A DNA stretch of 64,000 nucleotides from Octopus sinensis (Eukaryota): NCBI RefSeq assembly GCF_006345805.1, contig NC_042998.1, positions 98,270,001 through 98,334,000 on the forward strand, written 5' to 3'. The notes under the pieces are model-generated. The model had not been told where the DNA came from. It was given only the letters and a program-made list of their open reading frames with translations, and ran no database searches. The translations under genes were made by a program, and so were the position numbers. Each line of letters begins with the position of its first letter. Position 1 is the stretch's first letter. Below, piece by piece: positions 12,770 to 24,595 of this stretch.

Positions 12770-13976
12770 ACACCCCAACTAATTTTATCTATGAGCTGCC
12801 ACTGCTAAAAACATATTCAAAACTGTGAACAAGACATAAGTAGGCTACACTCAGTGGATTATCGAAGAATTGTACAAGAATTTGGGGGACTTTTTCTTCC
12901 GAATCAAAAAGATTTCAGTGCTTTAAATAACCTTAGGATTCTCTCAACTGCTCTCATCAAAGAAATCCAATGAGTTTGAGAATGTGAGAGAATTGAGGCA
13001 TACTGCACACCAACAAACTCGCAGAAATCTTTTAACTTCTCAGATCGAACAGTATAAATATTAAAATATGAAAACAATTTAACAACAATTACATCAACAT
13101 CAACAGAAAGAACATTGGCTGTGGTATGAGCAACATTGTGCAGGACATGGGCTGGACATCCAACACCTTCCATCGATTCATTCATGATTTCCTTAAATTT
13201 TGAATAGACTTTATTTGTGCCTATGTGCAAATGTCCACCAAAATTAGTATTTGTGTTATCTCCACCAAAAGCTATACATTTCTTCATGTCCATTTCTAAC
13301 TTGATGAGGCTCTCTCTGCAGAAGCTTGCTGTTGTTTCCAAGGTCTCATTTGGGAGAGATCTTACTTGCAATAACTTTAACAGCAAACCCTTTTCACGTG
13401 AAAAACATTGCACAATCAACAGGAAATTTTTCTCAGCATTGTGATTACTTGCATCTGTAGAAATGCCATAAAAAGAAGAGGTATTTATATCTTTAACAAT
13501 CTCCACAATAGTGTATGGAGTCACAATATTTTTTATTATTGCAGCACATGTAGTCCTAGCACATGAAAATTTGCAAGCAATTTTAGAATCAGTAAATGCC
13601 GTTGGTAATAGTACGTTCGTACAGTCATTTGAACTGAATGACTGATGATGGACAGTATGAAATACCATTGCAAATTCTGCGGCTATTATTTTAATCTGTT
13701 CATCTGTATTTTACTTGATAAAGAAGTTTGTTATTTCACCAGCTTCTTTTGAAGTAGAGGGAATACTACATTTGTGTGTTGCTGTTTCTAAGTGTTGCTT
13801 GATATCAGACTTCCCACCATGTTCAATACTGAAAGTGCAGTTACATACACCACAGTTTGCTTCAAAATAGTTTCTGCTTTGTTTGATAAATGTCCATTCA
13901 CTAGAATACTCATCACAAAATTTACACTTACGTTTTGGCATCTTGGGATGGATAGAGGATCTATTCCATCTCATGC
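12770..13976 (-). pseudogene. hAT-superfamily transposase remnant (BED-type zinc finger + DDE core), 3'-truncated
   Basis: MPKRKCKF…CGVC…FSIEHGGKSDIKQH…H; premature TAA at 13711-13713 in frame with ORF 12904-13668 containing STDASNH, DNTNTNFG, CPAHVLHN (CxxH) and SHSQTHW. Confidence 0.85.
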
Positions 13977-14331
13977 ACAGATTTTTGAATGACATGGAAT
14001 AAATCCCTCTTCCTGTGTATTAGATGCAACATACCTTCAGTAATCTGACAATTACAAGAACCAAGTAAAATATTCTAATTACCTCCCCTGCACAGCGATT
14101 TTTTTTCTCCACATATAATCTACTGTTTTTCTAACTTGAACTGATAAAATGATTTACTTTTTCCTGATCTTCATTTTACATGGTGACAGTTGTATATATA
14201 TATAAATATGTTATCAAGTTTTGAAACTATTTTATTAAAACAAAAAGAGATGTATTGGTGTAGGTTGGGTCTTCTTTGCTCGATGTTCATAATAGAGTAG
14301 AAATTTTCAATACAGATTTTAATAACAATAA

Positions 14332-15897
14332 AATAATAATGAAATTATTGTATACAGTGCTCATGTGCACTACAACTTGTCAAAAGGGCGTATAAAGCAT
14401 ATGCAGTAATATACAAATGTCTGGAAAGTAGACAGTATATGAGTCAGATACATGCCTGCGTGTGTATGGAGGGGAGAAAATCAGGTGTGGTGTTGGCGAT
14501 CTCAGGAAGCATGGAAGTTTTGAAAGATGCAGTGCTCCGACAACTAACAACTCATACCGGCAGTTTGTTCCATATTTCAGCAAATATTAGCATGAAAAAA
14601 ATTTTTCCGAAAGTCATGGGAGCTGTGTTGTTTTCTGACTTTGTAAACATGTCCATGGGTGTTAGACAGGTGGAGTTTGAAAAGGTGCTCAGAGTTATTG
14701 TTAGTAAGATGGTTAATAATTTTATGGGTGTCTGCCAAGTCAGTTGCCAGACGTCAAAGTTTCAATATATCCATGCCCAGGGAAGTAAGGCGTTCAGAAT
14801 ATGACAAATACCTGATGGAGGGTATTCTCTTGGTTGTACGTCGCTGAACGGTTTCCAGACGATTAATATCCTGGGCAAGATAGGGGTTCCAGACCAGTGA
14901 TGCAAATTCCAGGTGAGGTCGCACCATAGCTATATAAAGCCTCAGATAGATAGCCGGAGAGCAGCTCACAAAGGACATGGTGAGTGATGCTAAGACACCC
15001 TCAGCCTTCTTGGCAATTTTAGCAATGTGTTTTGTCCAATGCAAATCGCTGTCAACAATAATGCCCAGGTCACGTTCACAAGAAGACTTTTTGAGATTAG
15101 TGTTGTGGAGGGAGTAAGTAGACGCTAGGTTTTTCCTCCCAAAATGCATGGTGGTACATTTGTCCACAGCCAGCTTGAGTTGCCAGTCCATGATCCAGTG
15201 CTGCATTGTGTCCAGGTTTGATTGTAATAAAGATCTATAGTGTACAGGATCTGTCCTCTTTATTTCGAGGTACAGCTTGATGTCATCTGCATATTTCAGC
15301 ACTGTGGCATTCTTTAAGTTGGCATCTATGTCATTAATATATGCAACAAATAAAAGGGGGCCAAGAACAGATCCCTGTGGTACACAAAGATATCATCTCA
15401 TAGGGTGAAGAGTGCTGTCCTAGAACTGTGACAACTTCTTTTTGGCTGATAATGAAGGACTTCAACCAGTTATAGAGATCATCTCTTACACCCATTGCAG
15501 ATAGTTTCACCATAAGCCTTTTGTGTGGCACAGAATTAAAAGCCTTAGCAAAGTTCAAGTAAACAACATCTACCCAGGAGCCACCATCAGTGATTCAGGT
15601 AATGTCCTCAAGAAACTCGATTAGTTGATTACAGTAGCTGGAGTTAGGAATAAATCCAAATTGTGATGGCTGGACAAGGCTGTGAGACTTCCAGAAGTTC
15701 CAGAGGGTTTCTCTGACACAGGATTCTATCAGTTTGGCGATGCAGCTAGTAAGACTGATGGGCGATAATTGACAGGTGATGTGCAGTCACCTTTTTTGAA
15801 TAGAGGAATAACACTGGCAGTTTTCCACTGTTCTGGAGTAACACCATTGTCAAGACAGAATTGAAAGAATAGTGAAAGTTGGTTCAGAAGAAAGTAC
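14332..15897 (-). mobile_element. CR1/L2-like LINE RT fragment with 3' UTR and (ATT)n tail
   Basis: WKTASVIPLFKKG…NYRP, NFAKAFNSVPH, KYADDIKLY, DLGIIVD, VRPHLEFA..VWNP, LETVQRR.TK (ORFs 14754-15302, 15334-15558, 15729-15926). Confidence 0.9.
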
Positions 15898-16035
15898 ATA
15901 TGCAAGCATGTATCTGACTCATACACTGTTCACTTTCCAGACATTTGTACATTACTGCATTTGCTTTATACGCATTTTTGACAAGTTGTGATGCACTTGA
16001 GCACTGTATACAATAATTTCATTATTATTATTATT
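15898..16035 (+). repeat. Inverted second copy of the CR1 3' terminus, fused to the 5' truncation point
   Basis: About 90% identical to the reverse complement of 14332-14465, including the (ATT)n tail. Confidence 0.9.
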
Positions 16036-16404
16036 TATTTTAAAAGAGAAAGGTTATTTAGAGAATTATTTTGCCAATGTAATGCCTTGTTTAACTAAAT
16101 AAGAGAAATGTTATAAATAGAGAAACAACCTTTACTTAGCAATTTGGCATTATTCAAATTGGATTACAAAAACATTTTTTCCCGCCACTATCTATTTCTT
16201 TGCACCCTCTACTGATCATTTTTCTTTTCTCTTATCTCTTTCTCTCACTAAATATGAGTAACCATGCAGATCCTGTATAAGAACCTGCTCTGAAACATCT
16301 GCCGCTTCTTTCATTCTTTAATGACTTTTCCTCTAGTGTGAAGCTGTTTCTCACCTCCACCAGCATTCATAGTCCTACAAGCTGCATGGCAACATCAATA
16401 CAGC

Positions 16405-16590
16405 TGGTAGCATAGATAAAGTATCCAGTACATGCTGTAAAGTTGTTGCTATTAGAAAGGGGATCCACCCATAGAAACCATGTCAAAGCAGACACAGGAA
16501 CATGATGCAGTTCTTGTACCCTTTGGATCCTTTCAACCCATTCAACCCATGCCATCAAGGAACTTGGACATTAAATGATGATGAGACTGA
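16405..16590 (+). repeat. Diverged RTE 3'-tail element
   Basis: Terminal module plus GATGATGA. Confidence 0.7.
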
Positions 16591-17181
16591 TGGTGATAAA
16601 TCATAGATGTTTTTTGTAACAATATCAAAAGTATTACTAAATCTGTGATAAATCTAAGATGGTGTAGATATTCTTTCTGTCTTGGTTAGACATTTATGTC
16701 AAAATCTAATCCAGTGCTAACCAAAAGCCTGTGAAAAGCTCTCTGGATGGTGATGGCTAGAACGCTGTCATCATAGATCTACTTAATTATGGTTGGCCTG
16801 GGACTAAACAACAGCAACTATAAATGTTTCTACTTTAAACCAGTGGTTCTCAGCCTTTTCTTTGTCATATACACACTCAGATTGATTTTATTTCATCATT
16901 TACTCCTTATTCCCATGCAAAAATATTGACTAAATAATCCCTCTGTAAAAACCTAAGAACTAGTGTATTGAATATTGCATGTAAAAATACCTAATCAATT
17001 GGAATTTCCTATTAAGTTGGAGAAAGAAAACAAAACCTAGCAAGCTGTTGTTAACAACCTCTGCAAAAAAGGAGAGATAATTTCAAGGAATTAGGAATTA
17101 ACCTTTCAAAGTACCTGCTAAGGAGGAAGAAAACCAGCACACCATCTTTAAGATAGCATGTTAATACTTGTATAAATACAT

Positions 17182-17290
17182 ATACATACGGACGTACATA
17201 CATACATACATACATACATACCTCCATCCATACATACATACATACATACATACATACATACATACATACATACATACATACATACATACA
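17182..17290. repeat. (TACA)n microsatellite at the 5' junction of the R4-like copy
   Basis: Direct reading. Confidence 0.97.
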
Positions 17291-18752
17291 TGAGTTTGGT
17301 CAGGATAAATGTTGTTATATGGTTGTGAAAAGGGGGAAAGTTATAAACCAGGCTAGTAACATCTTCATCAACGATTTAACTATTTCCCCTATATCTGATG
17401 AGGAATGTTACAAGTATCTAGGGCTGGATGAAAACATATCTTACAATGGCACCTGTAATAAAACACGTGTCACTAAAAAATATCACAATACTAACAAACA
17501 CACATAATTTCCACATAAACAGTGATGTAGACTGCCTTTACCTGAAATGAAAACAAGATGGAAGAGGCTTAATATTAATCCAAAATACCTTTGAATATTG
17601 TATCATATCCCTTGACCAGATTTGTATACATGAGGTTGATAACATCATAAGACTTGGAAGGCAGGTCCTTGAGCAACATTCTTTGCCTGATAACCAAGAA
17701 TACATTCCCAAAAAAGTCGCACAACTCTGCTGCAATATATCATCAGATAAAAGGAAGAGCCTATATGAGTAGAAACTATGCATGGATATGTTACTAGAAA
17801 GCTCCATGATGATAGTAACATTTATCATCAAAGCAGTCTATCATGAACCAATAGCCGGATTACTACCTCCCACTTTGAAGGGTATGCATTTGCAATCCAG
17901 GAACAGGAAATATAACCATGTACCTGATGCACAAAAGGGATAGAGATGCAGAAAAAACCCCCAGTAAAATGTGGCAACCGATGCAGACTTTGTGGAGTTA
18001 ACACTGGAGCTATTACCCACATCATAAGCAGTTGTCCAAAAATGTCATCAATATATTATCCATGGATGAGACATGATTTTGTAGCTAGGACACTCTATAA
18101 TGAAATCTGTTAGAGGGATAACTCCAAGGACAATGAAATAAGAACCCACAGTATGGTAGAAGCCATAGCCACTCATAATAAAAAAGAGTACTGGTAGAAT
18201 GTACCAGTGAAGAGCTCAATAAAATGTAAGCACAACAGACCTGATATAATGATTTGGGATTGAGAAGAGAAACTGTGTACAGTTGTAGAAATTAGCTAAC
18301 CAGCAGATGTTAACATTAGTGAAAAAGAGAATACCCATGCTGAACTATTGAAAAATCTGCAGTTACTCTATCCAGAATACAACTTCAGGTTTATACCTGT
18401 AATTATTGGGGCCCTGGGATATGTAACACACTGCCTAAATACCAATCTTGATAAATTAGACTTCCCAAAACCAGAAAGGAGAAAGCTAATTCGAAGACTA
18501 CAGATCCAATCCATCACTGGAACTGTAAAAATCTGTAAAACTTTCCAGAAGTTTATCATTTAAATATATATGAGCATGTCTAGATATGCAACTATATGCA
18601 TGAAAATACATACATAAAGCAAAATATACAAATCTGTATATATACACACATATATGCATACACACATACAAACAAAAATACCCTATTGTTGATGTTGAAA
18701 TTCCAATAAAGGAGCCTTGGATCTAGGTTCTCTATTGGCAAGAAATCTTGAA
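17291..18752 (+). mobile_element. Second R4/Dong-like copy, inverted relative to the first
   Basis: EFGQDKC, YKYLGLDENISYNG, C-x2-C-x8-H-x4-C at 17982-18035, MRHD, HNRPD, ORF 18348-18563. Homologous to 10835-12385 with an internal deletion near 17490. Confidence 0.87.
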
Positions 18753-19222
18753 ACAAAACAATACAATGACATACATACACCAGTAATACATACATACTGA
18801 TATTCTTCTCAAAATTTTGACACTATGATACAGGATAAAAGCATATCAATGAAAAAGAAAAAGACAGTAAAAGAACCATAATCAGGAGAAAAGTTCAGAG
18901 GTAGGTGCACAAATTAGTACAAATATATTTGCTTTGTATTTGTGTTTTAGAGTTGAAAGCAATTTATCTATCACCAATTAGCAAAGTGGTGAGCTATATA
19001 ATGGTTATAGTAAGCTTTAAACATGTGAGAAAGCAATGTATAGTTCAGCTCCTTATACCTATACATCATGTGTCATATTAGATGAGTCAGTATTGAAAAA
19101 TGTTAGGAGATTAGACTGGTGCTGATTAGTTTCTAGAAACATTTGACTTCTTGCTCTTGTTGAAATTGTACAGCAGAGAAGAAATCAAATAAAAAGCAAA
19201 GATAGTTTTTGTGTATAGGTGC

Positions 19223-19580
19223 AGGTATGGCTGTGGTAAGTTTGCTTTTCAACATGTAATCTCGGGTTCAGTTCCACAGCATGGAACCTTGGATAAGTGT
19301 CTTCTACTATAGCCTTGGGCTAACCAAAACCTTGTGAGTAGATTTAGCAAATGGAAACTGAAAGAAACCCATTATGTGTGTGTGTGTGTGCATATGTGTT
19401 ACTATCTCCTTGCTTTGACTTCATATGATAGTTGTAAACAAATGTCACCATCATTTAAGTGATGTCCTTCATTTCCAATCTTTGAAAAAAAGTTTGATCA
19501 TGGAAAATATTACCTTATTTTGAAACAAATGGGGGTTAGCAAACAGAAAGGGCATCTGGCTGTAGAAGATCTGCCACAAC
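19223..19580 (+). repeat. SINE with family A head and RTE-like tail
   Basis: Family A head and centre, then a different 3' half containing AAAGGGCATCTGGCTGTAGAA; relatives at ~3990-4330 (+) and ~57320-57640 (-). Confidence 0.7.
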
Positions 19581-20054
19581 AAATTCTGTCTTATGGGTTC
19601 AAGATTTCAGTGATGCAATTGTTTATTTTTAGAATGACCGTATAGGGTAGGTGTGAGTGGTCAGATTTGACTAGTTTGAACATAAAACTGACTGAATACT
19701 TGGGCCAAACAAGACTGGTTTGAATGCTTTAAGGTTAGTTCTTACTTTACGACATATACCATCCTTGATTCATTTATTATATTGACATCTCACAGACAAA
19801 AAATGTTATAAGTTCAAACAAAAGGGATATGTCAGTTAGGTCAATCCCAGTATATTATCCATACTTATTTTAATTACCACAAAGGGACAAAATGCACGTT
19901 AGCTCTAACAGCATATGAAATCAGAACTAAACTATTAAAAGCATCTAGTTCAACACTCTACTGTTTTTACCATTTATTACCCTTAATAAATATATTAGTA
20001 TTATGATGGCCCAGTTCATGCTCCAGAAATATTTAAATCTCTTTTTCATCTTGA

Positions 20055-20515
20055 ACTTGTTTCAGTCATTGGAATGCAACCATGATGGGCACAGCTTTGG
20101 AGAGTTTAGTCAAAAAAATCAATTCCAGTACCTTTTTTTTAAAGTCTGGTACTTACTCTATTGATCTCTTTTTCTGAACCACTAAGATATGGGGACATAA
20201 ACAAACCAACACTGGTCATCAGATAGTGTGTGTATGTGTTGGGAATGGATGGACAAACACAAACACATGCAGATAGATAGATAGTTAGGTAGATAGATTG
20301 ATATGTAGTAGACAGATAGACAGACAGACAGACAGATAGATAGATAGATACACAGAAAAATAGATGTCGAGCTGAGCTGCCAAGCAGTTTCCACCAGCCA
20401 GATTCACTTACAAGACATTAGTCAATCCAGAATTATAGTAGAAGACTCTTGCCCAAGGTGTTGCACAGTGGGACTGAACCCAAAACCACATGGCTGCAAA
20501 GCAAGCTTCTTATCA
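20055..20515 (-). repeat. SINE family A, diverged
   Basis: Head, centre and tail recognisable; internal (GATA/GACA)n. Confidence 0.8.
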
Positions 20516-21504
20516 ATACAATTTTCAGCTTTCAGTTTCAGTTTCTACTCTTAAAAATCTATTAAACAGCACACCTTAAGTTATCAGTAGTTAAAAAGTT
20601 AAAAAGTTAAAAAGTAGGATGCAGTATAATTTTTGTTATCAAGTAGAATAACCTTGCTTCTGCACTCAACAAGATAAGCCTATTTCACTTAGTATGTTAG
20701 CGATCGTTTTACTGATATAAGAATGTCTCAACAGGAAATTGTAAAGTTAACTTCAAAACAAAAATAATTCATTGGTTACACTCCTTGGGTAAATATATTC
20801 AGAGAAACTATATTTATTGATATATCTTTTTCTGGATAGTATTATTGATATCATGATCTAAAATTGCTGGTAGATCCTAAGTTTGAATTTTAAAACATTT
20901 ACTGTGAACAACTGACAATGCTTAATTTCTTAAAAGGTTTGCTCTGTGTTCTCATCTTTTAACAAACCCAGGGGATACAATGTTACCCAGCCATAGAGAA
21001 GAACAAGAGAAGGAGGGAGAGAGTGGGAGACAGCAAGAGTGCAAGAGAGAGCAGGAGAGAAATGGTGGTGAAGTGCCAGGATACACTCACAAGGAATGGA
21101 GATCAGAGCATAGATGGGATGGAAGAATAAGGAAGAGAGAGATAAATAGTGGCAAGTGCCAGGGAATACCCTCAAGGTATGGAAGTCATTGTATATGTGG
21201 TAGGGTATTGCCAAGAAGGCGCAAGTAGGAAGTGGGGATAGGGAATGCAGTGCCTGGGGAGAACCTGGGTAAATAGAGGGATTGGGGAAAGCAATGAGAC
21301 AGTGAGCAGGGCAGTGAGGACAAGATTGGAGAGTGGGAAATAATTATTGTGTACAAAGAGGAAATGTGAGGGAGAGAAGAATGCAGTTTAGGAGAGGTGT
21401 AGTTTAGTTTTTTTGGGTAGGGTGTGTGAAAACTTTATTGTTACATGTGGGTGGAACACAATGCTTTTAGAACTCAGTTTTGCTGATATGGGTGGGTCTT
21501 CTCT

Positions 21505-22440
21505 ATAACCTCATATCACCATACATCTCAGTCTGTCATTTCCTCCATGAGCCCCAATATCCTGAGATTGGTCCTCACCACTTCATCCCATGTCTTCCTG
21601 GGTCTCCCTCTTTCACAGGTACCATCTGCTTTCAGTGATTGGCATTTTTTTATACTGCTGTATTCATTCATACACATCACATGTCCAAACCAATGTAGTC
21701 TCCTCTCTTGTGCGCTGCATTTGATTCCTCTTATGCCCAACTTTTCTCTCAACACATTTGCGCTTTGTCATTCATGCACACTGATGCTGCACATCCTGTA
21801 GAGCATACTGCCTCCATTCATCTCTAGCCTATACATGTCCTCTGCATTCAGAGCCCATGTCTCACTACTATGGAGTGTAGCTGTTCATACACATGCATCA
21901 TACAATCTACCATTTACTTTGTGGGAGAGTCCTTTTGTTGCCAACAGAGGTAGTAGCTCTCTGAACTTTCTCCATCCTGTTCTTGTTCTAGAATCAATAC
22001 TTTCACAGCATTCATCACTATTGCTAACTTGGTCACCTAGGTAACAGAAACTTTCTACTACCTCAAGAGAGCCTCCTGGGCATTTGAAAGAGTCCCATGT
22101 GCTCTTAGAGCTTACTGTTCCTGCACACCTGTCACACACGAAGGTGACCTTATCTTTTAATCTACTTGTGATTCTATTGCATCTCTTATGTGTCCATAGC
22201 TTACAGTGGGTGCAGCAAATGCAATTACTTCCCACTCTTTTCCTACATATTGAGCAGGGCCATTTATCTGGCAGAAAGTAAGTCTTATCTACTTTCTTGC
22301 TAACAACAACTTTGGTCTTTGCTAGGTTAACTTTAAGCCCCTTTGATTCCAGGTTTTGCTTCCATACCTAGAATTTCTTCTCCAATTCTGCTACAGATTC
22401 TGGAATAAAAGTGAGGTCATCAGTATAGTTGTTCCTATGG
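21505..22440 (-). mobile_element. Older RTE LINE fragment with PHD insert
   Basis: ORFs 21885-22235 (CICCTHCKLWTHKRC...VCDRC...YLGDQV...KFRELLPLL) and 21528-21755 (RRLHWFGHV...RGRPRKTW). Confidence 0.9.
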
Positions 22441-22624
22441 GCAGCCAGGTTTGAATTCCTCCATTCTTGTTAACTCTCTCTCTCTCTGGCTGGGTAACCA
22501 TACACTTCCTCCACAGCCTGAAAAATGTTTCTGTCTTTCTGTCACACTCCTTTCATCATCTGACTCAAGACTGCCTCCTTTAATACGCCCTCCCCTCTCA
22601 AAGACTCCTTGTCTTATAAGTTGC

Positions 22625-22830
22625 TTGGTGACCCTGCCAGTGCTGGTGCCATGTAAAAAGCACTCAATCCACTATGTGGGGTGGTTGGTATTAGGAAGGG
22701 CATCCGACCATAAAAACTATGCCAAAATGGACATGAAATCAGGTACAGTTTTCTTGCTTGCCAGCTCCTGTCAAACCATCCAACCCAAGGTAGCATGGAA
22801 GATGGACATTAAATGATAATGATGATGATT
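22625..22830 (+). repeat. RTE 3'-tail element
   Basis: GGTGCCATGTAAAAAGCAC + terminal module + GAT tail. Confidence 0.8.
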
Positions 22831-22831
22831 A

Positions 22832-22901
22832 TACATATATATATATATATATATACATACACACACACATACATTTATGTGCTTACTCTGGTATATATAT
22901 G

Positions 22902-22943
<42 letters not shown>

Positions 22944-22987
22944 CACACACACATACATTTATGTGCTTACTCTGGTATATATATATG

Positions 22988-23023
<36 letters not shown>

Positions 23024-23070
23024 CACACACACATACATTTATGTGCTTACTCTGGTATATATATGTATAT

Positions 23071-23104
<34 letters not shown>

Positions 23105-23150
23105 CATACACACACACATACATTTATGTGCTTACTCTGGTATATATATG

Positions 23151-23190
<40 letters not shown>

Positions 23191-23260
23191 CATATATTCA
23201 TACATATATATATATATAAATGAAAGAAGGGCATACATATATATATAAATACATATATAT
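22832..23260. repeat. Minisatellite built from microsatellites (four 80-85-bp units)
   Basis: Core CATTTATGTGCTTACTCTGG at 22872, 22956, 23036 and 23121, separated by variable (TA)n/(CA)n. Confidence 0.95.
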
Positions 23261-24595
23261 ATAAATGAAAGAACAACCTTGCCTGGACTTGTGCCTCGGA
23301 GGAGAACTTTCTAGGTGCAATCCCATAGTCATTCATGACCAGTGAGAGTCTTTCTCTCAATAACACACACACACACACACACGTTGAAACCGAAAACATA
23401 AATCTGAAAAGAAAAGGAAACATAATTGCCAAGCTTGTTTGCAAGCGAATAGATCAAAAGTCAAACTTCCAGAAAACTTCATACATTAATGTCAGTAAGT
23501 ATTGAATGACATTTGTCTCAAAACTGAATTGAAAGAAACATGGGAAGTTAAAAACAGCTCATGATCATATTTCCTTGAGAAAATATTCAAACTATTTAAG
23601 ATTAACTCTCTTCCATCCCTAGTATTAATTATCTTATAGGTAACGTATGATAGAATATCATGTTTTACAGTATAAAAGAAAAGTTCAAAGAGATCAGTCT
23701 GTAAGATATTTACTTCATGCTGGTTGTTATTAACAATAGCAATTTCAATACAGTGACATTTTTTTCATTCCCTTTCTTTTCAATAAATATATCTTTAATA
23801 GTTGAGTGGTCACTTCTCAATATATAGACAAAAGTGTCAGTGACCTATCTTCATGCGATTTGGAAGATAATCTGCATTTGATTGTTAAGAATTGCTATGT
23901 AGCTATGTTTACTGAGCAGTAAATTCTAATCCTGATTACCTAGATAACATAATCCTGATTTAATTACCCAAAACGTTTCTCTTAATCTGAACAATTAAAA
24001 ATGGTTATTGAATGACTTAATACCAGGGATTGGCAACCTATGGCTCACGAAGGAATTTTGACCAGCCTGTGAGAACTGATACCCAATAAGCTGTTTACTT
24101 AAAATTTAAATTTATTGTAATATGAGAGACAAGACTTTTGAATACAATAAAAGGCCTACTGTTATATTCTTCCACAGATCTTCTGATTCACTCTACTTAA
24201 TGTCTACCACCAAACATATGTGAACGCTTTGATAGCAAAAACACAATTAAAAATCTGTCGCATATGCAGGGCTCAGCACATCATTTTCACTCACACAACA
24301 TGAAAACAATAACAATAATAATAATAACAATTCCAACACATTTCTACCCAATCACCACCACTCCCACGTAAAAATATATAACAAAAAACTGAGAGCCAAC
24401 TTGAGTCTGCCGAGGACATAGTAAGATTACCTCAAAGGGACAATTGTCTCAGTTGGCATACTGCCTTCACTCTATCATCGATGACTCCACTATCTCTGAT
24501 TTGTAAAAATCAACAACAGCTTACCCCCACCACCCACCCTTGGTAAGCTGCAAACACTCATTTTCTCGTGCTCGAATTCTTCATTGGGTTCTGTT

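Noticed and set aside
16841-16860. hAT-type TIR fragments (CAGTGGTTCTCAGCC here; GAGAAGCACTG near 44090)
   Set aside because: No matching partner end nearby, so no element can be delimited.
22771-23444. Many ORFs of YIYIYI/THTH type (also 620-844, 10534-11289, 17051-17287)
   Set aside because: Microsatellite read-through with no coding signal.
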